Assembly: GCA_951406725.2 (NCBI GenBank)
Contig: OX597836.1
Coordinates: 30,318,001 to 30,382,000, forward strand
Length of the DNA stretch: 64,000 nucleotides
DNA from: Octopus vulgaris
Lineage: Eukaryota
Reading direction: 5' to 3'
The notes under the pieces are model-generated. The model saw nothing but the letters and a program-made list of their open reading frames with translations, was not told where the DNA came from and did not search any database. Position numbers and translations under genes: made by a program. This document shows, piece by piece, positions 24,390 through 37,549 of the stretch. Each line of letters begins with the position of its first letter. Positions within the stretch are counted from its first letter, which is position 1.

Positions 24390-25365
24390 AACTAGTCGTA
24401 TCTGGCCCAAATATTCTATATTGTTCTATGTTCAAACTAGCTAGATCCAGCCTCTCATATCTCACTAACATTCTGAAAATAAAGAATCATGTGACTGAAA
24501 TCTCAATGTGAATAGATAAGCATTACATTTGACAGAATAGCTTGAATGCAAAAGAGTTAATCCTTTCGTGACTATATTTTTTAATGAAATTACACAGATG
24601 ATGTTCCAAGTAAGTTTGAAAATAATGAAGAATTTACAGGGGTCTAGTAAAATAACAAATTTTTTCAATATTAAATTGTTGCTTGGGAATATAACTAAAC
24701 AGAGAAGATTTTATATTAAAATTAAGATGGAAGGTTTTTAATTCCAATATGGACATTTTAAAATCAGGTGTTTTTGTATCACAGAACCAGAGATGGTTTC
24801 ATACAGATCAGTATCTAAACAGTTTTAACCTTTTGTTAGTGTCTTTCTAAAGGAGTACACTGTATGTTTCAAATGGATTTGACTGGATTGCCTATGTTCA
24901 GTCCACTGAAGGATGAAGGCCTCAGCATGTTCTCTCCACCAAGGGATCACACTGGTTTGACGAGCCCAACTCTGTCACATTGGCTCAACGTGGCATAACA
25001 GAAGGGTGCAATTTTTACGCTCTTACCCCAGTAGTTAAGTCAATTACATCAACCCTGAAAGGAAAAAAAGGCAAAGTCAACCTCATTTGAACTCAGAACG
25101 TAAGGATCGATGAATACCATTAAGCATTTCATCCAGCAAGCTAATGACTCCGCCAGCTCACTGCCATGTTTTAATTGATTTTGAAAAATATCAAAAATTT
25201 ACCACATTTTCTTAAAATAACTAATGTTATCATTATTTAAGCTGTTTAAGACTTAACAGGTTCTTAAATAAAATTGTGATGGAAGGTTTTTAATTTGTAT
25301 ATGAACACTGTAAAAAAAAAATTTTGTTTTATAAAAGTAGGCTGGTTTAGTTTCAAAAGAGTAAT
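24390..25365. mobile_element. Chain of three TTAA-type MITEs sharing TTAA junctions, the third with a nested SINE
   Basis: Junctions aaagagTTAAtccttt (24557-24560) and cagttTTAAcctttt (24825-24828); second and third share gatggaaggtttttaatt. Confidence 0.55.
24886..25165 (-). mobile_element. SINE family B head joined to an RTE-type tail
   Basis: Head ggcagtgagctggcggagtcattagc (minus); tail gaggccttcatccttcagtggactgaacataggc; flanks atgtttcaa / atgttttaa. Confidence 0.55.
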
Positions 25366-25424
25366 GCTACTTCAAAAAATTACCAACACAGAAGTATTTA
25401 TGGAATATCATTGATTTCGCTAAA

Positions 25425-25655
25425 ACCAAGGTGCCATGTAAAAAGCATTGACATGGGTGCTGGTGCCACATAAAGTGCACCCAGTGTAGAGTGGTTTGAT
25501 CTTAGAAAGGGCATCCAGCCATAGAAACTGAGTTTTAAAAAACTATGGAATCTAATGTGGCCCTTGATCTTGCTAGTTCCTGTGAAGTCATCCAACCCAT
25601 GCAAGCATGGAAAATTGATGTTAAATGTTGATGATGATAATGATGATGATGATTG
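25425..25655 (+). mobile_element. RTE-tail repeat
   Basis: gtgctggtgccacataaagtgcaccc...aagggcatccagcc...gcatggaaaattgatgttaaatg(GAT)n. Confidence 0.75.
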
Positions 25656-25770
25656 AGTCAATGTAGATACTTCTTTCTTTTTTACATTTCCTCAACCATG
25701 TACCTCTAATGAAATACTTTGCCAAAGTGTTTCAATTTATTAAAAAATAATCAGCTTTTTCAAAATTTAC

Positions 25771-25855
25771 CTTTCCTTCTCCTTCTTGTGAAGGAGGTAG
25801 GAGAGCTGAGGCAGGACAGTTGAGGAGGGCAATGCTGATAACCTTTTCTAAAAGC
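25771..25855 (-). CDS. Candidate 85-bp exon of unknown gene
   Basis: Minus strand: cccttttctttctatcaatcttgaag| ... GGAAAG|gtaaat; GC-richer than flanks; two open frames. Confidence 0.25.
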
Positions 25856-26316
25856 CTTCAAGATTGATAGAAAGAAAAGGGAGAACTACCCTCAAACTGG
25901 AAATCTAACTTGAGTACTTGCTACAGATTAAACTCTGGTTAACTGCACCTATGGGCCAGTTACATGAAAATCAAGTGACAATTTAGGTTTACTGTTCAAA
26001 AAGAGGAATGATTTAGTCCTTTTCATTAGTTTTTTCACAGTTTCTGTGTACCAAATTTCACATTGAAAGTTTCAGTGGGAATTGCAGTTATGGTAGAAGA
26101 CACTTTCTCCACAGGGCCATTCAGGCAGGTTAAACTTAAAAGCACAGAATTGTCAAGTGAATGTCTTACTCACATAACCATGCAGACAGCTATAAACCTT
26201 AATGAAATATTCTTGCATAGAACTGAACAGGAAGGATCTACCACATTTACTTGTGTATAATGTGAGAGATTTAAGTGAAAACATCAGGTTAAAATTGTTT
26301 GCGAGTTTCATATTCG

Positions 26317-26347
<31 letters not shown>

Positions 26348-27769
26348 CTAGAAAGAGAATGAAATATATTACAGATTTTTAGATACATAATGTTGATGTC
26401 GCATTACATTCAGGTGTCAGTGTACTTGAGTGAAAATAATGTAATTTAAACATTTTAAAACGAGTGTTTGACAGCATTAGCAGAGGCCGTCTCAGATGGT
26501 TTGGTGTCAACTGAGTTAAATATTACTTTGTCCAATACTAGTAATATTACTGGAGATTGCTAGATAAAGTATATTCAAACAGAGATATAATGTAAATGAA
26601 ACAGATGGATGCCATAATGTACTGTTCTTGTTATAATCTCTTTCTGAGTCCATGGTTCATGCATGAAATAAGGAAATAAATCTAGTTTTGTTTTGTTTTG
26701 TTTTTTTAGGGGGTGGTGATCAGGTAATAAACAAAATAAGCTCCAAGTTAAAATGAAAACTCATTTTAGAACAATTTAGTGAAGTGTATCTCCTCCCATA
26801 AGAAAAATGTTTTCATTATTGTTTGAAAGATCATGCAATCCAACTGGATGGTATCTCAGACTAATATATCTTATTATAGCTTCTGGTTTTTGTGAGGCAA
26901 ATTGCACAGACAGAAACTGTGTGGAAGTTCATCAGATGTATTGTGCACATTCTTTGGTTGTAGAATATTGAATAGTTTAACAACCACACTTGACCCTTAG
27001 ATGCCATAAAAACAAAAGTCTGCTCTGTTTCAAGCATTTGGCAAAGGTCTCCTGGCCTACAGTTTCTTAGACACCTTAAAAAAAAAAAAAAAAAACTTAA
27101 CCTGTTTCCTGTAACTAAACCATAAAAACCTTTTTAAAAAGTTAACTGTAAACAAATTACAACATGTTGAACCTTGACATAATTTACTTCACCGAGTCTT
27201 TTGAAGAAGTATTATGAAATTAAATGATACCATAATGGTAACTCTCTGCACCAGCTTCTACTAAGCTGGCACAGAGAGATGCAATTATGGTAACAATACA
27301 TAGAATTAATAATCCAGTTCTACATATATTTACAGAAAATTATCGCAAACAATGTTAGTCATTGATTAAGACTGCTATCAGTTTCTTTTCTCACTGCATA
27401 AATATTTTTAGATAGCTTTTAATGCTTCTTCTCATTAAACATATTAACACTGACTTAACTATCTCTCTAGTGAAACTGCAGAAACCAAGGAAATTAGTGG
27501 TGTTGGCAAAAAGTAATACAAATTGTTTAGTAAGTACAATGAATTTTACAGTATATGCTGGTGTATAAATTTTGCTTTTTTTATTATTCTTAAATGTAGC
27601 AAAAAATTAGCATGCATCTAATGTAACTGGTATAAAAAAAATTGCCAGGCATCTAATGGTATGATGAAACATATTAAATTTGTTTTTTCCACAAAATATT
27701 CTTTTCCCCACAAAAATGTAGAGGTTTGTCTTATATGAAAGTGCATCATATACACCAGCAAATACAGAA

Positions 27770-28040
27770 TATTTGTTATATGCTGCTACCATTTCACATT
27801 TAGGGCCTTTCATAGAATCCTTGTGTAGCATCCATTTAGCCCATTTTGATAATTTCTTTGTCAGTGTCCATGTTTCACTGCCATATAATAGCACTGACTT
27901 GGCCGTTGCAATGGACAGCTTGATTTTGACTTGCCAGGGCAACTTGGTGTTCCAAACCTTCTTTACTTGATTGTAGACATTGGCCTGGAATGTATCCAGT
28001 ACCTTGAGGCAGTGATGATGGACTGAGAAGTATGGCATAT
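27770..28040 (-). pseudogene. Non-LTR (RTE-like) RT C-terminal fragment
   Basis: KKVWNTKLPWQVKIKL...SVLLYGSETWTLTKK. Confidence 0.75.
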
Positions 28041-28087
28041 GGACTTTGTTGCTGTGGTCAGGATTGGAACCCAGCCATAATCAATAA

Positions 28088-28435
28088 TCATCATCATTGT
28101 TTAACGTCTGTTCTCCATGCTAGCATGGGTTGGACGGTTTGACCGGGGTCTGGTAAGCCATGGAGGCTGCACCAGGCTCCAGTCTGATCTGGCAGTATTT
28201 CTACAGCTGGATGCCAACCCTTCCTAATGCCAACCACTCTGTGAGTGTAGTGGGTGCTTTTTATGTGCCACCAGCACAGGTGCCAAGCAAGGCTGGCAAC
28301 GGCCACGATTGGATTGGTGCTTTTTATGTGCCACCGGCACGGAAGCCAGTCAAGGCGGCGCTGGCATCAGCCACGTTCGGATGGTGCTTTTTACGTCCAC
28401 TGGCACAGGGATCACAACTGCAGTTTCCATTGATT
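28088..28435 (-). mobile_element. RTE LINE 3'-UTR copy with tandem units
   Basis: Reverse complement of the 930-1286 type; three ggtgcttttta units. Confidence 0.8.
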
Positions 28436-28671
28436 TTTTGACAGTAATACAAAATGTCATGAGGAACAAGAGAAATCTTAATGTTTCACATGAATCCTTC
28501 ATCAGTAACTATCTGTTTGTCTGTCTGTCTTTATTTTTCCACATATAATTATTTGTAGATTGTTTTTTAATACTCCCTGCATTAAATATGCGGACACAAA
28601 CTTAACTAGTCTCAGCACATAATTTCTAGTAAGCTTTCTATGTCCCCTACATCTAATATGCTCCCACTGAC

Positions 28672-28857
28672 TACCACATTTTCGGACATAAGTCAAATTT
28701 TTCAGACCAAACATTTACAACTGAAAAAGTTAGGTCAACTTATACACCAAGACAACTTTGGAGGACCGAAACACCCATGTAAAACGCAGCGGGATTTGGA
28801 AAGATAGTGATGGTGTTTATGCCATATACATCAACTTGTATGCTGAAAAATGTGGTA
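28672..28857. mobile_element. pogo/Tigger-type MITE
   Basis: Inverted ends taccacattttcggacataagtc / aacttgtatgctgaaaaatgtggta, TA at both ends. Confidence 0.6.
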
Positions 28858-29524
28858 TTATATTAAATATGTTAACACTATCATGTTTTCTCTCACCATA
28901 TCTATTAGTAGTTAGCATAAGTATTATGCGTTAACTATTTGGATTAAATATGCAAACTCTAACTAAACTATTATTCTATTAATTTTCAATAGATGTCAGA
29001 TAATGTCTAAAAAAAGAAACAGCGGGAGTTGAGGGAACAATCTTTTACCTTACTTTCTTTAACAACAAACAATACAATCAGGGTGATTGGGAATCAGCCG
29101 AACGGACATTAAAAATATCTTTGTCTGTGTGTCCCCCTCCTCCAAATAGTATGCCAACAAACAAATTGCCCTCTACTAATACAATAAAGTCTTCAAATTA
29201 AAACCTACTCCCTTTTACTTCCAATTTTTCTTTCCAACATTCTCAAAAGTATTATTTTTGGCAGACATAATTGTTTCAATAACTCTTGGGTCATGCTGGA
29301 AGCTACTAATAGAAATGCAATTAGCTCCTTGACACTCAAAATGGACATTTTGGTATCTTTGTGGCAAGCGAAAACTATTTGCAAAAACATGAAAAATAAT
29401 TTTATCAGACAGATTGCCAATTCAATAGTTTTACATGGACAACACTATGCTTACTTCTGCAGTGTAACAGCCGACATAATAAGGTTAACATTATATATTC
29501 AGAGATTGTTTTCTCTCTCTTTCA

Positions 29525-29571
<47 letters not shown>

Positions 29572-29915
29572 ATATATATGGAGAGAGAGAGAGAGAGAGA
29601 CTATACACACACATATGTGCATACATACAGACACACATATATGAATATTACAATTATGCACATGCATGTATTCACACATACACACACACACAATCATACA
29701 AAAATACTTTGAGGAAAAAGTTGTGGGCTGTGAAATCTCAAGTTTGATTTGCCTGTTTTCTAAATTTCCAGGTCATCTGCTTTTGTTTCTATGGTGTCCC
29801 TCAGTTTACACCAACATCAACAACAAATACATTATTATGAACAATACCAACATCAAACCATTCAACATTTTAAGTCAAGAGAAAGAGAGAGAGAGAGAGA
29901 TGAAAGCTGGTACAT

Positions 29916-30170
29916 CATTGTTTCTCAACCATTTGTTTTACCTATCGACCCCTTAGATTCCTATTTTACTCTAATGGACCTTCATAACCATTTGAGGTTT
30001 AAAAAATCCTATTACATTCTCATAATTAAATATTATTAGGAATTGTATAGAAAAAATTGTTAAAATATTTTATGTACTGTAAAATATAACCAATTTATTG
30101 TACATCAATTTTAACAACAAAATCTTACAGGGATCCGAAGGATTATAAGGAGCTCAGTTAAGAACTACTC
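29916..30170. mobile_element. hAT (Charlie-like) MITE, decayed
   Basis: cattgtttctcaacc ... cagttaagaactactc ends; partial 8-bp flanks tggtacat / ctttacat. Confidence 0.5.
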
Positions 30171-31174
30171 CTTTACATGATCGCCTGACTTAAATAACAG
30201 TCAGATCTACCTTAAATCACACCCACTTTCTTCCCATGGCATAAGATATATTTAAACACAATGATTTTCAATTATGCTTCTGGAAGAAACAAAATCTCCC
30301 AAGTAGAACTTCAACACAGTTACTTACTCAAAGGTAATCAGTTAAGAAACACATTAAAGTGTCAGATGTAATGCCTTGAGATTATAAATGCCATCTCGTT
30401 GCATCCTGTGTTGAAATCCCACCACAAGATCGATGTAATTATTCGTCATTCTGGGACCAATAAATAAAGGACCAATCTAGGGTGGTGAACTGGTGGAATT
30501 GTGAGGATGTGGATACCAGACACTCTGAGTTTAAATCCTGCTGAGGCCATTAAATCTATTCTGCTTTAGAATTGTATTAACTTGTAGCTGTTAAATAAAA
30601 CCAGATTCTTTACCTTTCTTCATTAATTTTCATCCTATAGACATGCTTTACACCTGGTACAGTATGATATACTTCAAGAATTTTAAATGGATTAATAGAT
30701 ATCAAACAGACCTTATCCTAGAAGTGTATTAATTTGAATCTGTTTAATACGATTTTGTTCATTACTTTCCATAGTGTATTTTATACTTTGGGTATATATT
30801 TAGAATGTCTCCAGATACACAGAAAATCCAGGACACTTCTGGTAACCTATTTTGCTGTCCAGTATTGTATTATAAAGCCATAAAGAAGAGTCCAAAGTAC
30901 AAAAAGAAGTCTAAGAAGTGGGAGACTGAGTCCTACTTAACTAAGAACAATGCAGAGAGGAAGAGGGGATCATGAATGGGCAGAGGATGAAACAAATGAA
31001 GGACCATCAAGGCTGATGGGAATATGTGGAGGCCCTTTGTATCAAGTTGCATGGAAGGCTTCAATAGTAAAAGTCAAAAGACATTTAAATTGATGAGCTG
31101 TTTTGGTTTACTCCCTAAATTAACCTTGACCCAGAAAACCTATGATCAAATCTATCCTTGACCATCTTGTCTAT

Positions 31175-31400
31175 TTAACCCTTTAATGTTCAGATTACTC
31201 TGTTAAAAGTAATGCTTTTTCACTCAAATTGTTTTGAATTAATCATACATTATCTTATAGCTTTGAAATCTCAATGATGTGAATATTTATTTTTAGAATG
31301 TCAATGTAGGTTAGGTGCGAGAGGCTAGATATGGCTAGTTGAAATATAAAACGTAGAATATTTGGGCCGGATGTGGCCGGTTTAAACACTAAAAGGTTAA
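31175..31400. mobile_element. TTAA-flanked (piggyBac-like) MITE
   Basis: TTAAccctttaatgtt ... aacactaaaaggTTAA; related copies at 24390-24560, 33500-33730, 44600-44755, 54926-55537, 61487-61610. Confidence 0.75.
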
Positions 31401-32149
31401 GAGTGCCTAGAACTACATTGCTAAATGTCATTTCTTTGTTTAAGATGGTAGAAATGATGAGGGAATTTGATTGCTATTTCTAGCACAGGGCTTGAATGAT
31501 CAACAATGTATGGCTCTGGTTATGAGTTATGATGTGTATCTCAAGAGACTTCGTTCCTAAAGCATCATTGCTGTGAGTTTCTTCTTTTCCATTAATGTTT
31601 ATATTCTTCACCAAAATACATCGGTGAAAGATACACACACGATAGACAACCAAACAGCACTCACAGGATATAAGTCAACACAATTGAAACCTATAACCGA
31701 AGACATTTGTACAAGGTACCATACAGTAAGAACCATGTGATTGTGAAGCAAACTTTTTAATCACACCTGCATACCTGCAATTTTAGATACTGAGAATGGC
31801 TTTGAAATTCCTATCAGAATGAGCAACCTAAGTTTCTATAAACTTCTTGCTTTTATTTCTTTTATTGATGTCAGTTTTTGGACTGCTGGGGTAACCACTT
31901 CCAGACAATGATTATATCAATGCTTGTACTCTGACACTATTCAAAAATGATTAAGTTGCCCTTGGGATAAATAGGTGGAATTTACTGCAACAAACGGAAG
32001 GTATTTTTGTTTAAAACTTTTACACACACATACACAGTGATACTGTGTGTTAGTGATAATACATTATGACTCTGAATTTCATATCTGTTTCATGTCTTCA
32101 ACAAGACATATGCTCCTGTCCCCCTATCTTAGTTTATTATCCCTCATTT

Positions 32150-32390
32150 CAACACCCCCGCTTAGTCAAGGGGGTTTTGTCTTGCAAGTATTTGGTGATC
32201 TCATCAGTGTTGGTGACAAATAAAAAAACACCCAGTACACTCTGTGAAGTTGTTGGTATTAGGAAGGACATCCAGCTGTAGAAACCTTGCCAAAGCAGAC
32301 AACTGGAGCTTGGCAGAGCCCTCTGGCTTGTCCACATTGAACTGTTCAACCCATACCAGCATGGAAAAGGGACACTAAATGATGATGATT
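32150..32390 (+). mobile_element. RTE-tail repeat
   Basis: aggaaggacatccagctgtagaaa...ccagcatggaaaagggacactaaatgatgatgat. Confidence 0.7.
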
Positions 32391-34395
32391 GCAGTCAGTA
32401 AAAAGGGAATCACTTTTATTGAACAGATTTTAAACACAGAATCAAACAGTATTATCTAACTACATCATTATCTATATTTTACTCTACAATATATAGTAAG
32501 TATTCTGATGTTGCTTGTTTACATAATCCAAACTTATGCAAACTCCAGAGTTAGCAAAATTCATTCACAAGATATTGGTCAAATTGTGGTTTTAGTGCAA
32601 GAGAGACTCGTTCAAAGTTTCACTCAGTGAGATTGCACTCACAAATAAAACATCACTGCGTAGTTAAGACGTGAGCTTCTTAACCACACAGTCATATCTT
32701 CTCCTACATCTATTAGGCAAATAGCAACACCAACTTAATCTTGCATTTGCAATGAAATGAAGCCACAGTGAAAAGTTTGTAATGGAAGATTGCCCTTTGA
32801 GAATTGTCCTCCCTCTCTCTCTCTCTCTTCCTACACACACATAGATATGCATGTGTGCGCGCACATACATACATACATACATATACACATATATGAATAA
32901 GAAGCTAAATGTAGAATAAAGATCAACAATACACTTATTAGGAAGCTTAAGAATACGTCATCAGTCTTCTTCCATTCTTCACTTTGTAAAGACATTATTA
33001 TTAAAAGGGTATCAGGTAAAAGCATAAATGCATGTATATATAAAATGTTCCTAAATGCAGAAGTAATCTGAGATAAAGATTAATAATGAAATGCAGTAAA
33101 CTTAAGTAGAATAATGCTTAAAAGTAAATATGGCTGAATTTTAAATGACTAGTTTGATAGCAAATAGTAATCATAGATTCAAGAAATTCGCTATGTTTAG
33201 CATGTAAAAAAAAAAAAATACAGAGAAACCTTATGATTTTCTTGTAGTGAAATGCACAATCCACACGTCTCAGTTTTTACATTTCAGAATTGACAAGGAT
33301 TTAGTAAAGAAACTAAATAATCCATTATTAGCCCATAGTCTGAAGCATTCCTTAACAAAAAAAAAAAAACCCCAAAAATCAAACATAAAATCATGGTACA
33401 AAAAGATTTAAATTTGAAATATAAACTACTTTAAAATGGAAGGCAAAATTGTGCATCATGAAAACCGGCAGTATCTAAGATGAGTTGACATCAAGTTGTT
33501 TGACCTTTTATTTTTTCAACAGGCCATATGCAACCGAAATATTCTACCTTGTTTTATGCTCAAATTGACCAGATTCAACTTCTTACACTTATTCAACAAC
33601 GTCACTGTGAAAATAGAAGATTATGTAACTGAAATCATGAAACTACAAGATAATGCGTGATTTATTCAAAACAATGTGAATAAATAAGCATTACATTTCA
33701 CAGTGTCACCTGAATACTAAAGAGTTTTAAGACAATACAGCCAAGAGTGTTACCATAATTAATACTGAGATAGCAAAGGAAAGACAATGTGAGTCATCAA
33801 CGGCTAAGATTTTAAATACTTTAAATATGGAAGACAACTCTTGACATATTCATATGGTCTCATCAGTGAAAATAGATTTTCACTAAAATAGTGATGAGAA
33901 AATCTCTAAATAATTAGGATAAAGCAGCTCACACTCTGAAAATGCTATCTTCCAATTAGTATAGACATGGTTAGAAATTTTGCTTCATAACCACATGGTA
34001 CACCTTGCACCAAGTGTTTTCAAACATAGTATTGAATTCACCAAATACTTTGTTAGTATAACTTGGTTGGTGGAAACTGTATGCAAACTCATCATACAAA
34101 CGTATACATATGTTTGTGAAGTAATTTCACATTTCCCTGTCTGCACGTGTTTTATTTTCTGGTTTGTCAACAAATGTTTCGTTTTTGTGTTGTTTTTTTC
34201 CAAGTTTCCATGTAAGCATGACCAAGCTGTTTGTAGTTCAACGAACTGTGAGATTATTATCTCACTTGAAAACAGATGGGAATAAGCTGGTGATAGGATG
34301 GGCATCCAGCTGTAGAAAACAACTCTGCCCCCCAACATCCAGCTGACCCGAGCAAGCATGGAAAAGTAGATGTTAAAATGATGATGATACTCAAG

Positions 34396-34426
<31 letters not shown>

Positions 34427-35289
34427 CACCACTGGAAAAACTGATAAATCAGTGCTTAAAAAGATTTAAAAAATTCCCTGCAGTATTTCTTCTGTCCCAT
34501 TTACAGACATTCTCTTGTAACTTTTGTCATAATCAGAAATGCAACGATCCAGTGATTAAATTTATTGGGAACCTATAACCAATGATGAAGCTATTAATCA
34601 TAAAATGCAATATATAAAAAGGTTTTAAAATGTAGATGCAGCAAGATTAAAATTGCTTTGAAATTTGCTGTGTTGCAGATGTGATCAAATAAAGTTATAT
34701 AACCGGTAAACATTGGTATTTTACTGATATCACATAATATTAACTGAATAAATAAGCCTTTTTTTTTTTATATCTCTAAATAATCCAATATTAGCTAAAT
34801 ATATATATAATCCATTTAATATCAATGCAATTTCTATCAAAATATTAAATAAAAAATGAGAGAAAATAAAATGAATAATACAGTAAAATAAAATATAAAA
34901 CAGACAAACTGCATTCTTGATACGTTGCTTTTCACTATCATTTTTCAGATTAAACATATTCTGTTCTTATACATTTATGTTAAATTGAAATATTTACTTA
35001 TTTCAGTCACAGTGGTGCGCAACTAAATTATTTGCAGTTTGTCAATCAACACAAAATATTTCTTTCTTTCTTTCTTTCTTTCTGTGAAATTTCTAAATAT
35101 CTAACCAACTTAGTAAAATCAGTTTAAAAATACATGAATATATCGGATGAAGACATGATGCTCAGAAATGTTATAAGATGTAAGGAAATTTTAATCAATT
35201 AATAAAAGCTATTTGTATATTGATTTGTGATATTAGTTTAACTCTATCCCAACTAAAATTCTACTTTTATATAGTATTCAATGGTATAC

Positions 35290-35640
35290 TACGGATGTCA
35301 ATGCAGTGAAGCTGTGGCATCTGCATAGGTTCTTATATGGTGAGTGGGTGTCTCCATTTATGAAACAAATCTTTTTGATGTAAGGCATGTCTTTTTGATG
35401 GGGTTGCAGTTCTGGGTCAAGTAAAGACTAAGACCTAGCATCTGAATGTTGCCAGGCATTCACCAGCTTTTACCGGTCAGGCAATGCAGTCAGTGGAAGT
35501 TTGACATTAGCTTGCTATAAGGGACAAGAGATGGGGAAGTTCTAGGCTGAGATGACAATGAACTGACTGATCCCTTCCAGATCAGGGACTATGGATAACT
35601 TCCAGAAATCTTTGGTCTGATACATGAAAGAAATCATAGT
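35290..35640 (+). pseudogene. Tx1/L1-like LINE ORF2 remnant
   Basis: NAVKLWHLHRFLYGEWVSPF resembles the post-RT segment at 63134 (KHMLRLPYIQF); heavily decayed. Confidence 0.4.
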
Positions 35641-36409
35641 TGCCTACAAATGCTATTGTTGTTTAGACACAGATCAGCAAACCTGGGGCTAAAATACAAG
35701 TAGACTTTTTATATGTAGATGTGTGTGTGTGTGTGTGTGTGTGTGTGATATGTACGTGTGCCTTTGTGCTTGTATTTGTCTTCCACACTGGTTAACACAC
35801 TGGTGCTGGTTTGTTTATGTCCCCCATAACTTAGCAGTTCAGTGAAAGGAATCTATAGAATACTAGACTTAAGAATAAGTACTAGGGTTGATTTGTTCAG
35901 CTAAGCCCTTCAAGGTGGTGCCCCAGCATGACCATAGGCCAATGAATGAAACAAAGTAAAATTATCAAGGAATGCCTAAATCTAAATGTAAACTCTAAAA
36001 AATATACAACTTTCTTTCAGAAAACCAGAGGAGGCTTCAGCTGGCTGAAAAGAGGGTATCATAAGTTTCTCCAATCAGATTGACCTGGGGTTAAACAACA
36101 GCAAAATCAACCAGCTGAAGAGAGACAGTTAAAATCCATATTATTTTAATTATTTCATGTGGATAATAAAATAGAAGGGCTAGAGGTTATCGGAACAGTA
36201 TAGCAAAACAGTGATTAAACTGCATTTTGTTTGGACTGACTGATAGATAATATTTTTGCATGGTTGTTGCTGTTTAGCTTGAGGTCAGCTCTAATCAAGT
36301 AGACATATGTTGGAAGATGTTCCAACCATGAACACCCAGTCTTATTTTGTGATATAGTACTTTTAGGACTATGTTGTTGAATGTGTTTGTTAGACAAACA
36401 ATAAAATGT

Positions 36410-36530
36410 ATGATGATGATGATATCACAAAGATGATGATGATGACAGTGATAATGATATCACAAAGATGATGGTGATGATGATGACAGGGACAACAGTA
36501 TCACAGAGATGGTTATGATGGTGATATTTT
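36410..36530. repeat. (GAT)n-derived minisatellite, 36-39-bp unit, ~3 copies
   Basis: gatatcacaaagatgatgatgatgacag recurring. Confidence 0.7.
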
Positions 36531-36734
36531 CATCTTTGTTATTCATAAATATCATAAGTCATGCAGATACTGTAGAACTTTTTTTATGTCACACCAGCAC
36601 AAATACAAAACAACAATAGTTTTTGCCAGCAAGAAGACAAAATAATAAAAAAGTGATAATTTGGTCTCAAACATATAAATTATTAAAATGGACTGTATAC
36701 ATACATACGTGTGTATGTGTGTGTGTATACACAT

Positions 36735-37376
36735 GAGGTGTTTAGTAATAGAGTGTCATAAGCGCCATTTTCTTTGTCTCGATGTCTAGAATCCGAAAAA
36801 GTTGGGATAAAGAACTGACGAGGTCGAAAATCCGGCTGAAAAAGTTGTACGTTGACGCTATTGACACAATGCTTGCTCACCCAAACTCAGATCAGAGAGT
36901 TTAGTAACACACCATCATAAACATACACGCTCAATCAATAACTTTAGTGTGGTCCTTGTATCATTTTTCAAGGTGTTATGGCTCATTTTCTAATATTCCT
37001 AGTTACCATCATAATCATAATGGGCTATTACTATCTTATCTTAAAGATACTTACCTCGGTATATTAAAACACAAACAATAACTTCAGTGGGGTCTATGTT
37101 TTTCCTAGGTATTATGGCTAAAATATGCAATGCGATACGCCGTTCTACAAAATGAGACAGATGCAGTCATTGTTTCATCTTTCAGATGCATACATAGATA
37201 AATAATTTTACACAGCTGAAATGATTAGAAGAGGTTTTCACAGTCATTTTAAGACCAAAACCAGCTTCCTAACTTCATTCCTGGCCCAAGATATCACATT
37301 CTGAAAGTTGCAAAACTTTGTGTTTTTCTCAGTTTTTAAGTTGCAGCGCTTACGACAGTCTGTCACTAAATGCTTT
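36735..37376. mobile_element. ~640-bp non-autonomous DNA transposon with ~30-bp TIRs
   Basis: Left tttagtaatagagtgtcataagcgc versus reverse complement of right tttagtgacagactgtcgtaagcgc; CpG-richer interior. Confidence 0.7.
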
Positions 37377-37549
37377 ATATATACACTTCACAAAAAGATT
37401 GAGACAAATTTTTCTGTAACTGGACGCTCTTCCTGTTGGCAACTCTCACCTATTTTCAAGTAGTTAGTATCAGAATAGGCCAGAGGAAGTTTAGAGAGCA
37501 CTGTAGGATACTTGTGTAGGGCCCTGAAAGCAGACGGCTTTTGAAGACT

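Noticed and set aside
33838-33870. ctgatgagaccatatgaatatgtc on the minus strand
   Set aside because: GAAA box is broken and stems do not pair; too degenerate to call.
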